IMG/VR virus record: IMGVR_UViG_3300044506_000032
Span: 1-64,000 of that record
Reading direction: 5' to 3' (one strand)
Length of the DNA: 64,000 nt
Origin: a virus
Lineage: Duplodnaviria > Caudoviricetes
In this document: in pieces, positions 44,611 through 53,649 of the stretch
Numbering within the stretch: position 1 is the stretch's first letter
How the letters are laid out: each line of letters opens with the position of its first letter
Position numbers and translations under genes: made by a program
The notes under the pieces: model-generated
Seen by the model: only the letters and a program-made list of their open reading frames with translations
The model's database searches: none
What the model was told of the DNA's origin: nothing

Positions 44611-46764
44611 ATGAAGGTCGACTGGGACGCCGGACACGGTCCGCTCACCGGCCCCCTCAACACCGCCGGAGCAGCCCTCGCCGCCTCCTGGGCCGGACAC
44701 GCCGCCCACATGCCCCCCGCATGGGCAGCCGTCGGAGCCGGCACCGGACTGATCGGCCACCACATCGCCGGCATCCGCCACCACGTCACCCGCGCGAGCC
44801 TGGCCCTGCGCGCCGCCACCTGGATCGGCGCAGGCGCCTGGTGCTCCTGGGCGCTGGCCACCACCCCCTGGTCCGCAAACAGCCTGGGCGCACTCGGCGC
44901 CGGAACCGCCGGCCTCGGCATGGCCTGGATCGGCGAGACCCGCGCGGGCCGCCGCGCCGACCAGAAGGCCGCCGAGGCCCTCGCTGCCGAACGCCGACTG
45001 GCCGCCAACGAGAGGACCAACAAGCTCGCCGCCGAATGGCAGGCCCGCTTCGCCCGCGTCTGCCACATCGACGACGTGCGCATCGTCGCCATTGAGCACT
45101 GGCCCACCGGCAGCGGCTACACCCTCGAGTGCGAGCCGCCCGCCGGCGGCACCACGTGGCGTCAGATCGCCGCCGACAGCGAACGCCTGGCCGCCGACGC
45201 CAAACTCCCCGAAGGCTGCGGCGTCCAGGTCGGCCCCGGCGCCCACCGCGGCGCGTTCCTCGTCGAGGTCACCACCGTCAACCACCTCATCGAGGACGTC
45301 GACTACCCCGAGGACTACAGCCCGCTCAGTATCAACGAGCCGGTCCCCGTCGGCGTCTACCCGGACGGCACGACCGCCGAGCTCGACCTGCGTGAGGCCA
45401 CCACCCTGCGCGTCGGCCAGCGCGGAAGCGGTAAGACGAACGAGATGAACGTCGGCATCGCCGCGGGCGTGCGCATGGTCGACAACCTCGACTGGGTCAT
45501 CGACCTCAATGGCGGCGGCCTCGCCCTTGCCTGGCTCCACGCCTGGCAGAAGGCCGGGCGCCCCGGCCGGCCCCCGATCGACTGGGTCGCCGACACCCCC
45601 GAGAAGGCCCTGCTCATGTCCGAGTCCGCCGTCGCCATCGCCAAGGCACGCAAGACCGGATACAAGCACCTCGAGATCGAGGCCAACGACGACAAGACCC
45701 CCCTGAGCGCCACCCTGCCCGGCATCCGGATCCGCTGCGATGAGATCGCCGAGCTGTTCAGCCCCAAGGCGCAGCGCGACCCGCTCCTGCGCCAGGTCGC
45801 CGCGAACCTCGTCCAGCTGGTCGAGATCGCGCGCGCCGCCGGCCTCAACGGCGACCTCGCCGGCCTGCGCGCCACCCAGGACGTCCTCAGCGAGCCCCAG
45901 CTCCTCAAGCAGTCCTTCATCCGCATCGGCCTGCGCGTCACCGACCAGGCCGAACTTGCCTACCTGTTCGGTTGGGAGGACAAGGCCACCCCCGAGGACG
46001 CCCCTTACCCGGGCTCCGGCCTCCTCAAGGTCGGCTCCGCGCCGGCGCGCCCGTTCAAGGTCTACCGGCTCAAGCCCGCCCAGATCGGCGACATCGTCGC
46101 CGCGTGCAGCGACTTCCAGCCCGAACTCGACGACCTGTCCCGCCAGGCGGCCGGCGACGCCTACACCGACCGCTGGGAAGGAACCGACCACCTCTTCGGC
46201 CTCGCCGCCACCCCGGCCCCCGCCGCACCCGCGGCCGCCACCACCTCCGACAGCAGCGGCGAGACCCGCCGGTCCGTCACCTCCGACTGGGACAGCCCGA
46301 CACCGGCACCGAACATCGACACCACCGTCAACGACGCCATCAACGACACCGACCAGCTCCTCGGCAAGATCCACCAGGCCATGGACGAAGCCTCCAGCCA
46401 GGACGACGAGCTGAACCGGAAGTTCCTCGAGGTCCTCGGCGAAGGTGGCGCCCTGTGGAAGCCCCCCGCCGACACCGCGCCCCAGCCCGCCCCACAGCCC
46501 AACGACGACCCCACACCCACCCCCGGCATCGCAGACGACGCCCGCTGGCCGACCGTGTTCAGCATCGTCGCCAAAGCCGGACCCGGCGGCATCGGCCCGG
46601 AAGCCATCCGGGAAGCCTTCACCACCCTGCAGCCGGACGTGCCACCCCCGTCCCGCGCGGCCATCACCGACTGGCTCAAGGCCGAACCCCAGGTCTACAA
46701 GCCCATGCGCGGCACGTACGCCCACATCAAACACCGCACCGACACCCCCGGAGAGCAGCCATGA
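44611..46764 (+). CDS. traB: TraB-like FtsK/SpoIIIE DNA translocase
   Basis: N-terminal TM helices; Walker A GQRGSGKT; Walker B IRCDE; LRAT; C-terminal winged-helix-like region. Confidence 0.85.
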   Translation: MKVDWDAGHGPLTGPLNTAGAALAASWAGHAAHMPPAWAAVGAGTGLIGHHIAGIRHHVTRASLALRAATWIGAGAWCSWALATTPWSANSLGALGAGTAGLGMAWIGETRAGRRADQKAAEALAAERRLAANERTNKLAAEWQARFARVCHIDDVRIVAIEHWPTGSGYTLECEPPAGGTTWRQIAADSERLAADAKLPEGCGVQVGPGAHRGAFLVEVTTVNHLIEDVDYPEDYSPLSINEPVPVGVYPDGTTAELDLREATTLRVGQRGSGKTNEMNVGIAAGVRMVDNLDWVIDLNGGGLALAWLHAWQKAGRPGRPPIDWVADTPEKALLMSESAVAIAKARKTGYKHLEIEANDDKTPLSATLPGIRIRCDEIAELFSPKAQRDPLLRQVAANLVQLVEIARAAGLNGDLAGLRATQDVLSEPQLLKQSFIRIGLRVTDQAELAYLFGWEDKATPEDAPYPGSGLLKVGSAPARPFKVYRLKPAQIGDIVAACSDFQPELDDLSRQAAGDAYTDRWEGTDHLFGLAATPAPAAPAAATTSDSSGETRRSVTSDWDSPTPAPNIDTTVNDAINDTDQLLGKIHQAMDEASSQDDELNRKFLEVLGEGGALWKPPADTAPQPAPQPNDDPTPTPGIADDARWPTVFSIVAKAGPGGIGPEAIREAFTTLQPDVPPPSRAAITDWLKAEPQVYKPMRGTYAHIKHRTDTPGEQP

Positions 46765-47270
46765 CCACCACCAACCTCATCCCCCAGCAGTCCGCACACC
46801 AGGAAGCCTTTGCCACCACCGACGACATCCAGGCCGGCCGGGTCACCGGCGTCGGCTACGCCGTGTCCGTGGAGAGCGGAAAGCCGATCCCCGTGTACGT
46901 CTCCGACACCCCGCCGCCCCAGCCCGCGCCCACCCCACCGACCGTGCCGGCCCCCCAGCCTCAGCAGGTCATCGTCCAGCAACAGCCCCGCGACCCGTGG
47001 CCGGCTCGCATCCTCGCCTCCGGTGGAACCATCGCGGGAGTCGCCGCCACCGTGGGCCACTTCGCGACCGAACTCGGCCAGGCCGCCCACGCAGGGGAGG
47101 CGATCGGGATCGGCGTCGGCGCGGCAGCAGCCGGCCTGTGGCTCCTGAAGGGCAGCAGCCCCAGGGTCAGCGTCACGATCAACAACAGCAACACCGGGGC
47201 CAGCTCGTCGTCCAGTTCCACCAGCAGCTCCAGTTCGGCGTCCGGCTGGAGGTCCCACTCGTCCAACTGA
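46761..47270 (+). CDS. membrane protein of the transfer module (Spd-like)
   Basis: Two hydrophobic segments; Ser-rich tail; coupled to traB. Confidence 0.7.
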   Translation: MTTTNLIPQQSAHQEAFATTDDIQAGRVTGVGYAVSVESGKPIPVYVSDTPPPQPAPTPPTVPAPQPQQVIVQQQPRDPWPARILASGGTIAGVAATVGHFATELGQAAHAGEAIGIGVGAAAAGLWLLKGSSPRVSVTINNSNTGASSSSSSTSSSSSASGWRSHSSN

Positions 47271-47399
47271 CCGACCTGGTCGGCTGAACGACCATCACGC
47301 AGCGGCGCGGTGCCCCACACTCGACTCCTCGCACCGGGGGACTTGTGGCGGCACCGCGCCGTCGTGTCGCGCCCCCACCTACAGCCCGGCTCCACCAAG

Positions 47400-47828
47400 A
47401 TGAGCCGCATGGTCAAGCCACGCCTCACCGTCGACGAGCACGCGGAGCTCGGACGCACCCTCGCCGGAATCCGGGACGAACTCCAGCACCGAGCCGTCCA
47501 ACTGGAAAACGCCTACCCCCGGTCCGGGATCGAAGCCCAGCCGGCGCGCAAGCTGACCGAGATCTACAAGGCCATCGACAAGGTCCGCGACCTGCTGGAG
47601 AACGCCCTCTACCGGGAACACCCCGAGGTGGCCACCACCCACATCTACAACCCGCAGCGCCAGGACCGGGCCATCGTCACCATCCCAGCCACCAGCAGCG
47701 AACCCGACTGCCCTGCCGCCGGCTGGACCGCCATCGGCACCACGCCGCTCCGCCTCATCTGCAACAACGAGCCGCACGACGGCGAGCAGCACCACGACAT
47801 CGTCCACGGCGACTGGAGAAGCCCGTGA
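47400..47828 (+). CDS. hypothetical protein
   Basis: KPRLTVDEHAELG..L; coupled to the next gene. Confidence 0.65.
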   Translation: MSRMVKPRLTVDEHAELGRTLAGIRDELQHRAVQLENAYPRSGIEAQPARKLTEIYKAIDKVRDLLENALYREHPEVATTHIYNPQRQDRAIVTIPATSSEPDCPAAGWTAIGTTPLRLICNNEPHDGEQHHDIVHGDWRSP

Positions 47829-48499
47829 CCATCCGCGTCGGCGGCATGACCGTCCCCCTCGAAACCGCGGCCCGATGGACGGCCGCCTACTTCGACGAGG
47901 AAGCCAACCTCACCTCGAAGAGCCCCTACGCCTACCCGTTCTACGACCGCTACGACGGCGGAGCCGAACAGGATGGCCTCAACGGAGGCGACTTCCTCGC
48001 GCCCGTCCTGCTGAACGCCAACCCGAAACTGGTCGGCTACCGCACCCTTCTCAAGCTCAAGGCTCACTTGGTGCAGGGCCTCGCAGCCATACCGCTCGAC
48101 CTCACCCTCCAGACCGCCGTCGAGGCCGACATCCACCGCGAGCTCCTCGCCTGCCTGGTACAGCCGATCGACCCGCACGGCGCGCCCGGCATCAAGCTGA
48201 CCATGCTCGCAAAGGTGCTGCACCGAAAGCGCCCGCTGTTCTTCCCGGTGTACGACTCCTACGTCCGCGCGTGCTACGTCGGCCGAGCCAAGCGTTTCCC
48301 GATGCGCAACCAGACTGGCCGACTGGACTCGGTGTTCATCGGCGAGATCGCCACCTACATGGTCGCCGACCTGGCCAGCCAGCCCGAGCCGTGGAAGCAG
48401 CTCGCCGCGATCGCGCCGGCCGGAGTGTCTCCGCTGCGCCTGCTGGACGTCGTCGCCTGGAACGCCGGACGGAAGATCGCACCTCAAGTTGACGAATAG
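47825..48499 (+). CDS. DUF6308-family protein (HhH glycosylase-like fold suspected)
   Basis: AYPFYD; GIKLTMLAKVLHRKRP.FFPVYD; SPLRLLDVVAW. Confidence 0.75.
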   Translation: MTIRVGGMTVPLETAARWTAAYFDEEANLTSKSPYAYPFYDRYDGGAEQDGLNGGDFLAPVLLNANPKLVGYRTLLKLKAHLVQGLAAIPLDLTLQTAVEADIHRELLACLVQPIDPHGAPGIKLTMLAKVLHRKRPLFFPVYDSYVRACYVGRAKRFPMRNQTGRLDSVFIGEIATYMVADLASQPEPWKQLAAIAPAGVSPLRLLDVVAWNAGRKIAPQVDE

Positions 48500-48517
48500 C
48501 CCGACTGAACTTATCTT
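48489..48517 (+). promoter_or_regulatory. near-consensus promoter at the head of the late operon
   Basis: TTGACG-N17-TATCTT. Confidence 0.75.
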
Positions 48518-48540
48518 CTGATCAACTGGAACTTCTGTCG

Positions 48541-48570
48541 AAGGGGCCGCCCACACCGGGTGGCCCCTTT
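48541..48570 (+). terminator. leader hairpin plus U-tract (attenuator-like)
   Basis: AAGGGGCCGCCC/GGGTGGCCCCTT then T. Confidence 0.6.
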
Positions 48571-48589
48571 CGCATGCCCGGGGGTGACC

Positions 48590-48820
48590 ATGCCTCGACT
48601 CGTCCCCGAAGACCTCGCCGTCGCCTACACCGGCCGACCGGCGACCACGATCCGCCGCTGGGCGCACGAGGGCCGCATCAGCCGATACGGGCAGGGCCGC
48701 GGTCGAGTCCGCTACGACCTCCTCGAACTCCACTCCGCGTGGCAGGACGACGACGGCAACGTCCACCCCGGCCCGGCCCCCGCGATGCCCGTCCAGCCGC
48801 GCGGCCGGATCGCCGCCTGA
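48590..48820 (+). CDS. MerR/excisionase-like HTH protein
   Basis: LAVAYTGRPATTIRRWAHEGRI...RYDLLEL. Confidence 0.8.
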   Translation: MPRLVPEDLAVAYTGRPATTIRRWAHEGRISRYGQGRGRVRYDLLELHSAWQDDDGNVHPGPAPAMPVQPRGRIAA

Positions 48821-48984
48821 TACTCCCGCCGGCCCGCACTCCCCCGCGGGCATCGGGCGGGACGGCCCGCGTTGTCCGAGGGTGCGACGCAGGGCCCAAA
48901 CGGGGGTCTGCTGGCTGTCCGGCCGGACGAGAGCTGACGCCGGCCAGCGGACCCCCACCCTCACCTACGAGCGATCGGCACGTC

Positions 48985-49167
48985 TTGAGCGCTGAGAACG
49001 ACGAGTGGCGTGCCCTCGACGCCCCCTTCACCGAGCCCGACGAGTGGGACCCGATCCCCGGCCACTGCTCACGCTGCGGACAGCCCGCCTACCTCGGCAT
49101 CCGCCGCTGGTGGCACCTCGGCGCCGCGTGCCGACCCACCCGGCCGGCCAAGTTCATCCCCGACTGA
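48985..49167 (+). CDS. possible small zinc-binding protein
   Basis: CSRC...WWH...C; weak start. Confidence 0.35.
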   Translation: MSAENDEWRALDAPFTEPDEWDPIPGHCSRCGQPAYLGIRRWWHLGAACRPTRPAKFIPD

Positions 49168-49188
49168 CCAACCCTCAGGAGAAGCAGC

Positions 49189-49452
49189 ATGTCCAAGCCC
49201 CTCGACGAACTCAAGGCCTTCTGGGCCAAGTTCAGCACCGAGTTCCACGCCCTGGTCGAGAAGGTTCACGGCGACGAGGCCCAGCTCGCGTACGACGCCG
49301 AGAGCGACGCCGCCCAGGTCGCCGCCGACGCCAAGCCCGTCGTCGCCGAGGCCGAGCAGGACGCCACCAACCTCGAGCACGAGGCGGCCGCCGACGTCCA
49401 CGCCCTCACCCAGCCGGCCAGCCCGGCGCCCGAGCCGCCCGCCGCGGCCTGA
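49189..49452 (+). CDS. acidic hypothetical protein
   Basis: AGGAG RBS; high GC3. Confidence 0.75.
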   Translation: MSKPLDELKAFWAKFSTEFHALVEKVHGDEAQLAYDAESDAAQVAADAKPVVAEAEQDATNLEHEAAADVHALTQPASPAPEPPAAA

Positions 49453-49500
49453 CGGTCCACCATCCCCACAACTACATAGCGGCCACCCAGGAGGAGCCCA

Positions 49501-50823
49501 ATGACACTGTCCATGGTCACTCTGACCGGCCGCTACCAGACCCCGACCGGCGGCCCCGAGACCGGCACGGTGACGTTCACGCCGGCCACGACTCTGCAGT
49601 CGTCCTCGTCCACAATCATCATCCAGCCGCAGCCCGTCACCGCCACCCTCGACGGCACCGGCTCGTTCTCCGTCTCCCTCCTGGCCACGGACGCGACCGG
49701 GGTCACCCCCACCGGCTGGACCTACACCGTCAGCGAGAAACTCGGCCCCGCGACCGCGCAGGTCGGCCGCACCTACAGCATCCAACTCCCGCAGGCCGTC
49801 ACCCCCGTCGACCTGTCCACCATCTCCCCGGTCTCCCCGTCCGGCCCCGTCAGCCAGTTCGGAGCGCTCGGCAGCAACAACACCTGGACCGGCACCAACA
49901 CGTTCTCCGCCGCGGTCGCGCTCAACGGCGGCGTCACCCTGGCCAGCGCGCTGCCCATCAACCAGGGCGGCACCGGCGCCACCAGCGCCCCGTCCGCCCG
50001 GACCGCGCTCGGCCTCGGCACCGCATCGACGTCGAACATCGACGTCACCAACACCGACATCCAGCCCCTCGGCACCCAGGCAGCCGGCAGCACCGGCCAG
50101 ATCGCCGACGCCGGACACGTCCACCCGATGATCGCCGGAGCAACCACCGGCGCCCAAGGCATCGTTCAGCTCGCGGGTGACCTCGGCGGCACCGCCGCCT
50201 CCCCCTCCGTGCTCAAGGTCAACGGTGTCAGCGTCACCGGCACCCCCGCCGCCGGGTACGTCCCCTTCGCTTCCGGCACCACCGCCGCAAGCTGGTCCCC
50301 GATGGGCGTGCCCCTCAAGTCGACCTACTACTACCCGTCGGACGGTCAGGGTGGCTCGCGCACCATGACCTACCAGCTGCTGTGGATCTTCCCGTTCGAC
50401 CTTCAGCGGGCCATCACCATCACCAAGCTGGCCTGCAACGTGACCACGGCCGGCACCGCAGGCAGCACCATCCGCCTCGGCATCTACAGCTCAGACGGTG
50501 CAGGAGGCATAGGCAACCTGCTGATCGACGGCGGCACCGTCGCCGGTGACAGCACCGGCATCAAGACGGCTACCATCTCGCAGGCCGCGGGCCCCGACCG
50601 GATCTGGCTGTGCGCCGCATGGCAGGGAACCAACACCACGGCACCGGTCCTGCAGGGCTACGCCCGGTCCGCGCCGTTCATCGGCTGGAGCAGCTTCGTG
50701 CAGTTCCCCCCGTTGATGGGCTACCAGTACGCGGGCATCACCGGCGCACTGCCCGCTAGCCTGGCCGCACCGACGAGCAACGAGAACTCGATGCTGCCCG
50801 CGGTGCAGTTCACTCCGCAGTGA
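49501..50823 (+). CDS. virion fibre/baseplate-like protein
   Basis: VTATLDGTGSFSVSL N-domain; GATT...GIVQLAGDLGGTA..P.V fibre motif; Thr/Gly-rich. Confidence 0.75.
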   Translation: MTLSMVTLTGRYQTPTGGPETGTVTFTPATTLQSSSSTIIIQPQPVTATLDGTGSFSVSLLATDATGVTPTGWTYTVSEKLGPATAQVGRTYSIQLPQAVTPVDLSTISPVSPSGPVSQFGALGSNNTWTGTNTFSAAVALNGGVTLASALPINQGGTGATSAPSARTALGLGTASTSNIDVTNTDIQPLGTQAAGSTGQIADAGHVHPMIAGATTGAQGIVQLAGDLGGTAASPSVLKVNGVSVTGTPAAGYVPFASGTTAASWSPMGVPLKSTYYYPSDGQGGSRTMTYQLLWIFPFDLQRAITITKLACNVTTAGTAGSTIRLGIYSSDGAGGIGNLLIDGGTVAGDSTGIKTATISQAAGPDRIWLCAAWQGTNTTAPVLQGYARSAPFIGWSSFVQFPPLMGYQYAGITGALPASLAAPTSNENSMLPAVQFTPQ

Positions 50824-51788
50824 CCGCCTACGGGTATCCCGTTCCGCAGCTCCCCGTCCCGCATGCCATCCCGCGCGTTGCCCCGAAGGTGCCGGCGTCG
50901 GGCAAGATGCTCATCGGCTCGCAGGCGCTGGATCCGGTTGTTGGGCTCGGTGGCTGGCTGACCGCGGCCGGCTTGTCGAGCGTGGGCGTCTACAACCAGT
51001 TCACCCCGGCCATGGGGAGCTGGTGGACGACGCTCCTGCAGATCGGCAGCCAAAGCGGCCAGGCCATGGTCACGTGGAACTTCCCCGGCTCGCAGGGCAC
51101 GCAGGCGTCCATCGCGGCCGGCGTCGATGACGCGTACATCGTCCAGTGCGCGACCGACGCCGCGAACTGGGGCTGGCCGATCTTCGTCAGGCCGCCGTGG
51201 GAGATGAACGGCTGGTGGTACAACTGGTCGCCCTACGACGGGAGTAACAACGTCCGCGCGGGTTGCGCGCCGACGGACTACGTCGCAGCATGGCAGCACT
51301 ACCGGTCGATCTTCGCCAGCATCGCCCCGAACGTGTCCTTCGTCTGGTGCCCGCACCTTTGGATCCAGGGCAACCCTGCCGGCACCAGCCCATACCTCCC
51401 GACCGACTTCTACCCGGGCGATGCCTACGTCGACTGGATCGGCATGGACGCCTACGGCGGGGCAGCGGACTGGACGTACATGCAGACCGGCCAGGGCTAC
51501 GGCATGAACAACTGGGCCGCGTTCGCGACCACCCACAACAAGCCGCTGATGCTGTGCGAATGGGCGTTGAGCGACGGCGCCACCGGCGACAGCCCCACTT
51601 GGATGTCTAACCTGACCGGCTGGATGGACGCCAACCCGATCGCCCGGGCCGCGCTGTACTTCGAGTTCAACAACGGCGCCGGGCACAACTACTTGCTGGA
51701 GTCGCTGCCGAACTCGGCCGCTGCCTTCCGCAGCTGGCTGTCGGCCACACCCAGCCGGTTCATCACCTCCGTACCACGCAGCGGCTGA
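50820..51788 (+). CDS. glycoside hydrolase family 26 protein
   Basis: RPPWEMNGWW (acid/base), VSFVWCP, FYPGDAYVDWIGMDAY, KPLMLCEW (nucleophile). Confidence 0.9.
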   Translation: MTAYGYPVPQLPVPHAIPRVAPKVPASGKMLIGSQALDPVVGLGGWLTAAGLSSVGVYNQFTPAMGSWWTTLLQIGSQSGQAMVTWNFPGSQGTQASIAAGVDDAYIVQCATDAANWGWPIFVRPPWEMNGWWYNWSPYDGSNNVRAGCAPTDYVAAWQHYRSIFASIAPNVSFVWCPHLWIQGNPAGTSPYLPTDFYPGDAYVDWIGMDAYGGAADWTYMQTGQGYGMNNWAAFATTHNKPLMLCEWALSDGATGDSPTWMSNLTGWMDANPIARAALYFEFNNGAGHNYLLESLPNSAAAFRSWLSATPSRFITSVPRSG

Positions 51789-51800
51789 GAGGGGGACCGC

Positions 51801-52319
51801 GTGCCGCCCATCGACCCCGAAAGACGCGCCGCGGTCCTCCGCGACATCAAAGCCGGCGGCAAGTCCCTCAACCAGATCGCCAAGGACAACGCCGTCGCCA
51901 AGTCCACCGTAAGCGTCATCGCGAAAGACGCCGGCCTCACCGACGCATTCGACCGCACCCGCACCGAAGCAGCCACACGCGCCCACGCCATCGACTGCCG
52001 GGCACGACGCGAAGCACTCAAGGCCGCACTCCTTGACGACGCCGAGCGGCTACGCGACCGGGCCTGGTCGGCCTACGAGGTAGTCGTCGAAAGCCGGGCG
52101 ACCGGACCAAGCCGGCTCACCCTCGACCTGCCACCCCTCCAGGACGTCCGCGCAGCGTACGCGGCGATCGGCATCGCGATCGACAAGAGCGTCCGCCTCG
52201 AGCAGTACGACTCCACCGACAGCGACGTCGACGCCAAGAGCATGCTCGGCGCCCTCGCAGAAGGCATCCGCCAGTACGCGAACACCTCGGGGCCGGAGGG
52301 AGCGGACACCGACGGCTGA
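51801..52319 (+). CDS. terminase small subunit (HTH)
   Basis: SLNQIAKDNAVAKSTVSVIA; directly before terL. Confidence 0.8.
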   Translation: MPPIDPERRAAVLRDIKAGGKSLNQIAKDNAVAKSTVSVIAKDAGLTDAFDRTRTEAATRAHAIDCRARREALKAALLDDAERLRDRAWSAYEVVVESRATGPSRLTLDLPPLQDVRAAYAAIGIAIDKSVRLEQYDSTDSDVDAKSMLGALAEGIRQYANTSGPEGADTDG

Positions 52320-52336
52320 CAGCAGGGAGCGGACCG

Positions 52337-53623
52337 GTGAACCTCAACAACCTTCCGCTCTCCGACAAGCAGCTTCGGTCCATCGCGCAGTCCGAACGGC
52401 ATCGCCTGTCAATCTGGAGCGGCGCGGTACGCTCCGGAAAGACCATCGCCTCGCTGGTGGCGTTCCTCATCGCACTCGCCGCGGCCCCGTCCTCAGGGCT
52501 GATCGTGATCGTCGGACGGTCCCTGCAAACCATCGAGCGGAACATCCTCGAACCCATGCAGGACCCAGCATTGTTCGGACCACTCGCCAAGCACGTCCAC
52601 CACACGCGCGGCGCAACCACCGCGGTGATCCTCGGCCGCACCGTGCACCTGATCGGCGCCTCCGACGCTCGCGCCGAAGGCCGTATTCGAGGCGCCACCG
52701 TGTGCCTCGCCATGGCAGACGAGATCACGCTCCTGCCCGAGGGGTTCTTCAACCAGCTCCTCGCGCGTCTCTCCGTGCCCGGCGCCCGGCTGATCGGAAC
52801 CACTAACCCCGACTCGCCGGCGCACTGGCTGCGCCGCAACTTCCTGCTCCGCGAAGGCGAGCTTGACCTCGGGGCATGGCAGTTCACCCTCGACGACAAC
52901 CCGTCCCTGGCGCCCGCCTACGTCGAGGCCCTGAAAGCCGAGTACGTGGGCCTGTGGTACCGCCGGTTCATCCTCGGCGAGTGGTGCGCAGCCGAGGGCG
53001 CGATCTTCGACATGTGGGACCCCGACCTGCACGTCGCCGACATCCTGCCGCCCATCCGGTCGTGGCTGTGCGCCGCGATCGACTACGGCACCACCAACCC
53101 GCTGCACTGCGTACTTCTCGGTATCGGCACCGACTCGTGCCTGTACGCCGTCTCCGAGTGGCGCTACGACTCACGGCAGTCCCGCCGGCAGATGACCGAC
53201 TCGGAGTACACGCAGCGGATCCGCACCTGGCTGCAGGAGGTACCCGTGCCGGCGTCCCGGCGTGCGGATGGCAGCTGGCTGCGCGGCGTTCAGCCGCACT
53301 ACATCGTCGTGGACCCGTCGGCGGCGTCGCTGCGCACGCAGCTGCACCGCGAGGGCCTGAACCCGGTGGCCGGGAACAATGCCGTCCTCGACGGTATCCG
53401 GACGGTGTCGAGCCTTTTCGCGGCGAACCGACTGAAGGTCAGCCGGGACTGTCCGCAGCTCATCGCAGAAGTGCCTGGATACAGCTGGGATGACCAGGCC
53501 GCCGCGAAGGGCGAGGACAAGCCCATCAAGGTCGCCGACCACGGCGTGGACGCACTCCGCTATGCCGTGATGACCACGCGAAGCATGTGGCAGCACGAGA
53601 TCCAACTCGCCACCGCCGCCTAA
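52337..53623 (+). CDS. terminase large subunit (PBSX/Terminase_6 type)
   Basis: GAVRSGKT, ADE, TTNP, AIDYGTTNP, VDPSA, DHGVDALRY. Confidence 0.97.
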   Translation: MNLNNLPLSDKQLRSIAQSERHRLSIWSGAVRSGKTIASLVAFLIALAAAPSSGLIVIVGRSLQTIERNILEPMQDPALFGPLAKHVHHTRGATTAVILGRTVHLIGASDARAEGRIRGATVCLAMADEITLLPEGFFNQLLARLSVPGARLIGTTNPDSPAHWLRRNFLLREGELDLGAWQFTLDDNPSLAPAYVEALKAEYVGLWYRRFILGEWCAAEGAIFDMWDPDLHVADILPPIRSWLCAAIDYGTTNPLHCVLLGIGTDSCLYAVSEWRYDSRQSRRQMTDSEYTQRIRTWLQEVPVPASRRADGSWLRGVQPHYIVVDPSAASLRTQLHREGLNPVAGNNAVLDGIRTVSSLFAANRLKVSRDCPQLIAEVPGYSWDDQAAAKGEDKPIKVADHGVDALRYAVMTTRSMWQHEIQLATAA

Positions 53624-53649
53624 CCCCAATCAGGAGAGGCGGTGCAGTG

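Noticed and set aside
42746-46734. Long minus-strand ORFs (619 aa, 773 aa) and similar ones at 6460-8439, 53620-55761 and 23641-25599
   Set aside because: Antisense shadows of real high-GC3 genes; low-complexity translation with no motifs
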